A DNA stretch of 53,093 nucleotides from Anaeromyxobacteraceae bacterium (GTDB lineage: Bacteria > Myxococcota > Myxococcia > Myxococcales > Anaeromyxobacteraceae). This document shows, piece after piece, positions 48,601 to 53,093 of the stretch. The stretch is taken from NCBI GenBank assembly GCA_032654565.1, contig JAULAX010000008.1:1-53093 (forward strand), read 5' to 3'. The first letter of the stretch is position 1; every line of letters begins with the position of its first letter. The position numbers were made by a program, and so were the translations under genes. Under the pieces are notes generated by a model. That model made no database searches. It saw nothing but the letters and a program-made list of their open reading frames with translations, and was not told the DNA's origin.

Positions 48601-51600
48601 TCATCGACGGCGCAGCCGGCGTTCGCCGGATCCGCCCGGACGGCATCCTGACGGCTGTCCAGGGCATCGAGCTCGGCTACGTCTCGCCACCGGACGGCCA
48701 GCCGGCGCTCGTGGCCGAGCCCCTGGGGGAGCCCTTCGCGCTCGGGCCGGACGGCACCATCTACGGGTGGGCGAGCTGGACCGGCGGGCTGCACCGCCTG
48801 ACGCCCCCCCTGCCCGGCCCCGAGAACACCGACCTGCACGTCGCCTCCGAGGGCGGCGAGGAGGTCTTCGTCTTCGACGCCGCCGGCCGCCACCTGCAGA
48901 CGGTGCTGGCGCTCTCCGGCGCGACCCGCTTCACGTTTGGTTACACGCCCGCGGGCGACCTCGACACCGTCACCGATGGTGAGGGCAACGTCACGCGCAT
49001 CCTCCGGACCGGCTCCGGCGCGCCCACCGGCATCCGGGCCCCCTTCGGCCAGGTCACCTCGCTCACCGTGGATGGCCGCGGCAACCTCGCCTCGATCGCC
49101 GATCCGGCCGGGAACGCCACCACCCTGGTCAGCGACGCCAACGACCTGCTCGCCAGCCTCACCGATCCGCGTGGCAACGTGCACCGCTTCACCTACGACG
49201 CCCAGGGGAGGCTCCTGACCGATCAGGACCCCGCCGGGGGCATGAAGACGCTCGCCAGCCCGACGCTCACGGCCACCTCGCAGGTCACCTCCATCACCAC
49301 GGCCCTGGGCCGCGTCAGCACCTACGGCGTGTCGCAGCTCACCTCCGGGGACCTGCAGCGCACGGTCACCGATCCGGCCGGGCTCACCACCGTGGAGACC
49401 ACCTCGGGCCTGACCTCCGTGTCCACGGCCCCGGACGGCGCCGTCACCACGGTGGTCGCCGGCGCCGACCCGCGCTGGGGCCTGCAGTCACCGACGGCGG
49501 CCAGCACCACCATCCGCCTGCCCAGCGGCACGACGCGGACCGTCACCGAGTCGAGGGCGGTGACCTTCACCGATCCCTCGAACCTGCTCGCGCTCGCCAC
49601 CTGGACCCGGACCGTGAAGCTGAACGGCCGGGCCTGGACCTCCGGCTTCGACGCCGCGACGCGCACGCTGACGACCACCTCGCCGGCCGGTCGCGTCACC
49701 ACCACGGTCTTCGACACCCTGGGGCGGGCCACCTCCTCGAAGCTCCCCGGCCTGCTGCCGGTCCAGGTGACCTACGACGTGAACGGCCGCGCCACGCGGG
49801 TGTCGCAGGGCACGCGCAGCTGGTCGGCGACCTACGACGCGCTCGGGCGGCCGTCCAGCCTCACCGACCCGATGAGCCTCACCACCCTCTTCTCGTGGGA
49901 CGCCGCCGACCTCCCCACCAGCGCGACCCGGCCGGATGGCCAGGTCACGCGGGTCGCTCACGACGCCTCCCGCAACATCACCTCCCTCACGCCGCCGGGC
50001 CGCGGGGCGCACGCCTTCGGCCGCACGCCGGTGGACGCGCTCGCGAGCTATGCGCCGCCGTCGATCGCCGGCGCGGGAGCGACCACCTACGCCTGGAACG
50101 CGGACGGGCAGCTCGCCAGCGTGGGCCTCCCGGACGCCTCCTCCTGGACCATGAGCTACGACGCCGGGGGGCGCATCGCCTCGATGGCGCAGCCGCGCGG
50201 CCGCACCGACTTCACCTACGCGGCCGGCGGCCAGGTGGCCTCGGTCACGGCCCCCGGCGGAGGGACCATCAGCTACGGCTGGGACGGCCCCCTCGCCACG
50301 CAGGTGACCATCGGGGGCGCCGTGGCGGGCGCCCTGGCCCGGAGCTACGACGCCGACTTCGCGGTGGCGACGGAGACCGCCGCCGGCGTCGCCGCCACCT
50401 TCACCCGGGACGCGGACGGCCTGATCACCGGCGCCGGGGCGCTCTCCCTGGCCCGCGACGCCGCCAGCGGCCAGGTCACCGGGACCACCCTGGGTGTGGT
50501 CCAGGACGCCACGACCTACGACGGCTTCGGGAGCGCGGCCAGCTACGCGGCCAGCGCCGGCGCCGCGCCGCTGCTCTCGGTGGCGTACACGCGCGACGCC
50601 CTGGGCCGCATCGCCACGCGCCAGGAGACCGTCGGCGGCGTGAGCCACACCTCCGCCTATCGCTACGACGCCACCGGCCGGCTCGACCAGGTGACCACCG
50701 ACGGCACGGTGAACGCCAGCTACGCCTACGACGCCAACGGGAACCGCACCGGCGCGACGGTGGGCGGGGCGACGGTGACGGCCACGCTCGACGCGCAGGA
50801 CCGGCTCGTCACCTCGGGCGCCGCCACGTACACCCAGGACGCCATGGGCCAGCTGGCGACGCGGACGGAGGGCGCACAGCTCACGCAGTACGCCTACGAC
50901 GCCGCCGGGAACCTGGTGGCGGCGGTGCTCCCCTCCGGCACGCGCATCGACTACGTCATCGACGGCCGCGACCGGCGCATCGGCAAGATGGTGAATGGCG
51001 TGCTCGTCCAGGGGCTGCTCTACTGGAACCAGCTCCAGCCGCTCGCCGAGCTGGACGGCACCGGCGCCCTGGTGAGCCGCTTCGTCTACGCCCACGAGCG
51101 CGGCGCCCCGGCGTACCTGGTCAAGGGGGCGAACACCTACCGCATCGTCCCGGACCACCTCGGGAGCCCGCGGCTGGTGGTGGACACCGGCAGCGGCGCC
51201 GTGGTCCAGCGGATGGACTACGACGAGTTCGGCAACGTCACGCTCGACACCAACCCCGGCTTCCAGCCCTTCGGCTTCGCGGGGGGGCTCTACGACCGGG
51301 ACACCGGCCTGGTCCGCTTCGGCGAGCGCGACTACGACCCGGCCGCGGGGCGCTGGACGGCCAAGGATCCGCGCAGCTTCGAGGCCCGCGACACCAACCT
51401 GTACGGCTACGTCCATGGGGATCCGGTGAACCTCACCGACCCGACCGGCAGGGATCCCTGCCCGCCACCGAAGCGGAAGATGGTGCGCAAGGGGGATCCG
51501 CTCTACATCAAGAATGGGGACACGGCGATCCTCGAGACGGGCCGGTCGAACCCGTTCAAGGCGGAGGTCCTGATGACGCTCCGGCCCGGCGATGAGGTCG

Positions 51601-51782
51601 AGTTCCTGGGCTACGACCCGAACGACCGGCGGTTCGTCATCGTCAAGGTCAACGGTCAGGTGGGCGAGACGCTGGCCCCGAACCTCTCGGTCGACCGGCC
51701 GGACACCTCGGGGCGGGTGATCGACGGGAAGCCCATCGAAAACCAAGCCTACCCGTCCTACGGCGTCGCCACCAAGGCCTGA
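45618..51782 (+). CDS. Teneurin-like Rhs/YD-repeat lipoprotein (2054 aa): 2 PASTA, Ig/FN-plug-like region, NHL propeller, YD shell, Rhs core, SH3-like tip
   Basis: GGAGG RBS; lipobox LALAC; VPNVVGM and VPSLTGM PASTA repeats; HFSPHDFN, GSIIACE...LGERVPVQGTPFTLNYSS, LGGWTIDIHHQYDP; GFSGDGGPA NHL motif; PFGFAGGLYDRDTGLVRFGERDYDP...GRWTAKDP...DPTG. Confidence 0.9.
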   Translation: MSTIRARVRTLAIAPLLLALACSGKGGGTQPGTVTVPNVVGMTETSAVASLASAGLVEGARTQASSATLPAGSVVSQHPAAGATAARSSAVDLVVSTGPASVTVPSLTGMTEANARATLATAGLVAGTVTQAPSDLVAAGLVLRQVPAAGASVTAGSPVDLVVSLGPPPLPPDPATVATPLDPRGTTSFFDAVAFLTTGADPVQRGVAVGALKPLNVSALRGRVVDRAGAPIPGVQVDVLGHAELGTTLTRADGVFDLLVNGGGPVMLRFVKGGLLPAQRQVVPDWRRYHSVPDVVLVALDPKATPVDLGGGAVVVAQGSTTTDADGTRTPLLLFAPGTAAVLEDPAGATVPISHLTVRATEYTVGASGPTAMPAVLPPTTAYTYAVEYSVDEAIAAGARAVRFSQPVVTYLENFLGFPVGASVPSGFYDRERGTWVPQPDGRVVAVVGTDGVGATLDVDGSNAASSPAALAALGVTDAERARLGTLYAAGQKLWRVPVRHFSPHDFNPPGLPPPDAVTPSVDLPSDDTDPDDPCGESGSIIACEHRSLGERVPVQGTPFTLNYSSERMAGARTPTVIDVPLTGATIPASVLGVQLQASAMGRSVYQSFTAAPNQRATLSWDPVDRFGRPVSGAQHLSVTVSYAYPTYYWLPQGVTNLQTFTARPGEFAGVPLVLRPGGGLLTLGTTVERTFHVGRPGPRMENLGGWTIDIHHQYDPEERVLYTGDGRRRSATGSKLSRLVERIPEWPPAGFPATEVPSALAVGPDGSLYFATGSHADVRRRFPDGTVLVVAGTGVAGFSGDGGPATAAGFDQATGLALGPDGSIYVKDRYRIRRIDPDGTISTFAGNGVFADPAWGQPAATSPIGNAKGLTAAQDGSVYFSTSTGIARVAADGLLARAVTFLPFGSVCPTARPPLTAPLSTACFTEANFLAATADGSLYVADKSFYRRIGPDGTVRLLGGFRNGGSSAPVGGPAIDARINAGPFQVARDGSVFFIDGAAGVRRIRPDGILTAVQGIELGYVSPPDGQPALVAEPLGEPFALGPDGTIYGWASWTGGLHRLTPPLPGPENTDLHVASEGGEEVFVFDAAGRHLQTVLALSGATRFTFGYTPAGDLDTVTDGEGNVTRILRTGSGAPTGIRAPFGQVTSLTVDGRGNLASIADPAGNATTLVSDANDLLASLTDPRGNVHRFTYDAQGRLLTDQDPAGGMKTLASPTLTATSQVTSITTALGRVSTYGVSQLTSGDLQRTVTDPAGLTTVETTSGLTSVSTAPDGAVTTVVAGADPRWGLQSPTAASTTIRLPSGTTRTVTESRAVTFTDPSNLLALATWTRTVKLNGRAWTSGFDAATRTLTTTSPAGRVTTTVFDTLGRATSSKLPGLLPVQVTYDVNGRATRVSQGTRSWSATYDALGRPSSLTDPMSLTTLFSWDAADLPTSATRPDGQVTRVAHDASRNITSLTPPGRGAHAFGRTPVDALASYAPPSIAGAGATTYAWNADGQLASVGLPDASSWTMSYDAGGRIASMAQPRGRTDFTYAAGGQVASVTAPGGGTISYGWDGPLATQVTIGGAVAGALARSYDADFAVATETAAGVAATFTRDADGLITGAGALSLARDAASGQVTGTTLGVVQDATTYDGFGSAASYAASAGAAPLLSVAYTRDALGRIATRQETVGGVSHTSAYRYDATGRLDQVTTDGTVNASYAYDANGNRTGATVGGATVTATLDAQDRLVTSGAATYTQDAMGQLATRTEGAQLTQYAYDAAGNLVAAVLPSGTRIDYVIDGRDRRIGKMVNGVLVQGLLYWNQLQPLAELDGTGALVSRFVYAHERGAPAYLVKGANTYRIVPDHLGSPRLVVDTGSGAVVQRMDYDEFGNVTLDTNPGFQPFGFAGGLYDRDTGLVRFGERDYDPAAGRWTAKDPRSFEARDTNLYGYVHGDPVNLTDPTGRDPCPPPKRKMVRKGDPLYIKNGDTAILETGRSNPFKAEVLMTLRPGDEVEFLGYDPNDRRFVIVKVNGQVGETLAPNLSVDRPDTSGRVIDGKPIENQAYPSYGVATKA

Positions 51783-52279
51783 TCCGGCGGCGGCTCAGGG
51801 GGAGGGAAGCCAACCCACGAAGCGCGTCCGATGACGTACGCCATGGTGCCTCGGACCTGTTGGTTCAGGTGGCGAGGCTTCGCTACGAGCTGGTGTGGAC
51901 GCCGGCCATCGGGCGCCGTCCACGGGGCAAGGTCATTCACCCCACCGTCCACGGGGCAGTCAGAACTCCCCCTCGAGGCTCGGGGCCAGCGACCGGGCCT
52001 CCAACCCACCGGTCTGCCCGATCAGGACGCTGGTGGTGACGGGCTCGGCCGCATCCCCGCGGAATCGAGCAAGGGGCCAGCATCTTCGGATGGTTGGCCC
52101 TTGTCGAGGCGCGAGCCGTACTGAGCGAAAAATACTTTCGTCACATCGTCCACCGTCGTTCGTCTGTCCCAGCAGACTGGCAGTCGCGGTGGCCACATGG
52201 CCGAGCGGCGCGATTGCCCGCGATCAAGCCGAGCGGGTCGACCGCCCGGGAGATCCGGCGCCAGCCACGGAGGTCACCG

Positions 52280-53093
52280 ATGCACCCGGTTCGCCGACTG
52301 GTTGCCTGGACGCTTCCTCGCCTGCTGCTCGTCATTGCAGCATCCGCGGCCGTGGCGCAGGTGGCGAGCACCGCGCCGTCCTCGCTCGCCCCCGCGCCGG
52401 CCCTGCTCCCGCCGATCAACACCTGTCCGCCGAAGCCGCCGGCCGATCCCTGTGAGGTGTTGACCTGCTCGGGCGGCGAGTGGCTCTCCACCCCGAAGGC
52501 GGCCGGCACCGCCTGCAACGACGGCAACACGTGTACCAGCAACGACAGGTGTGACGGAGCGTTTTCGTGCAGGGGCACCGTGAGTACTGGAATGAGCTGC
52601 AACGATGGGAATGCCTGCACCTCCGGCGACAACTGCAATTCGGCGGGGACGTGCGTCGGCACACCGGTCGTGTGCGGTGCGCCTGGGGCCATCACCGGCC
52701 CTGCCACCAGCGAGAACGGGAGCTATACGTTGTCGTGGACGGCGCCGCCGGGATCGGTGACGAGCTACGTGGTCGCCGAGAACGGGACGCTGCTTCCGGC
52801 CGTCACCACCACCTCGATGAGCTTCAGCGGGAAGAGGGGTGGCAGGTACAGCTACCAGGTGGCCGCCTGCCTCGGGGCGAGCTGCGGTCCCTATGGCCCG
52901 GTCTTCGCAGTCGATGTGCTCTCGAGCCTGACGAACAACGTCGCCGATGCTGCGGTCCCCGCGACCACCACGCTGGCCCAGGGATGGGTCGGGAGCCTTC
53001 CAGGCAAGGCGGGCGTCGATGGTGGCGCTGCCACCTATCGGATTGACGTCGAGGTGCCGCCTGGGCGTGCCGGCATGCAGCCTTCGGTGGCGC
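52280..53093 (+). CDS. 5' part of a secreted SpvB/TcdB-N-type (probably Rhs/YD) protein with Cys-rich repeats and an FN3-like domain; runs off the window
   Basis: Not in the ORF track (no stop). GGAGG RBS, ATG 52280, signal peptide; CNDGNTCTSNDRC and CNDGNACTSGDNC repeats; YTLSWTAP...YSYQVAAC; ends GGAATYRIDVEVPPGRAGMQPSVA, the SpvB-like N-terminal motif. Confidence 0.8.
   Translation, partial: MHPVRRLVAWTLPRLLLVIAASAAVAQVASTAPSSLAPAPALLPPINTCPPKPPADPCEVLTCSGGEWLSTPKAAGTACNDGNTCTSNDRCDGAFSCRGTVSTGMSCNDGNACTSGDNCNSAGTCVGTPVVCGAPGAITGPATSENGSYTLSWTAPPGSVTSYVVAENGTLLPAVTTTSMSFSGKRGGRYSYQVAACLGASCGPYGPVFAVDVLSSLTNNVADAAVPATTTLAQGWVGSLPGKAGVDGGAATYRIDVEVPPGRAGMQPSVA

Noticed and set aside
42020..51746. 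Long antisense or alternative-frame ORFs over the kinase and teneurin-like genes
   Set aside because: No domain motifs; composition typical of shadow ORFs.
51783..52279. Small ORFs (such as 51831..52124) as immunity gene, or a structured ncRNA
   Set aside because: No RBS or coupling to the upstream stop, atypical codon usage, and no recognisable RNA family motif.
1..53093. tRNA, rRNA, tmRNA or riboswitch genes
   Set aside because: None recognised by eye in the intergenic regions; a covariance-model scan (tRNAscan-SE, Infernal/Rfam) would be needed to exclude them.

Overview
This is a very GC-rich window, Anaeromyxobacter/myxobacteria-like by gene content (inference), in three parts. (1) Bases 1-~7.5 kb hold the right part of an integrative element: a sigma70-like regulator, a CHC2-TOPRIM-AAA+ primase/helicase and a translationally coupled XerC/D-type tyrosine recombinase. 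Directly after it comes an orphan Rhs toxin tip. The tip is joined, across a cluster of short CGCRTC-n-GG repeats, to a new leader with a promoter-like motif and a signal-peptide-like start. A low-GC membrane immunity candidate and a truncated serine resolvase follow. This primase-Xer-toxin-tip cassette is the best candidate for an undescribed system. (2) Bases ~7.6-40.7 kb are mostly core genes: aroQ, GT2, SDR, LpxL-like acyltransferase, RluA, FmdB, OPT transporter, hflX, proB, proA, rsfS, nifJ, an ECF/anti-sigma pair, an OmpA/HEAT/HAMP/vWA envelope cluster, rlmH and gpmI. This part also contains an unusual secreted collagen plus tandem Hcp-like protein, and many genes appear leaderless. (3) From 40.8 kb to the end is an accessory island: a MocR/GntR regulator, a membrane Ser/Thr kinase, a 2054-aa PASTA-bearing teneurin-like Rhs lipoprotein with an SH3-like tip, and the start of a second SpvB-type Rhs/YD protein. 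No tRNA, rRNA or CRISPR array was recognised. All family assignments come from motif recognition by eye, not database searches.
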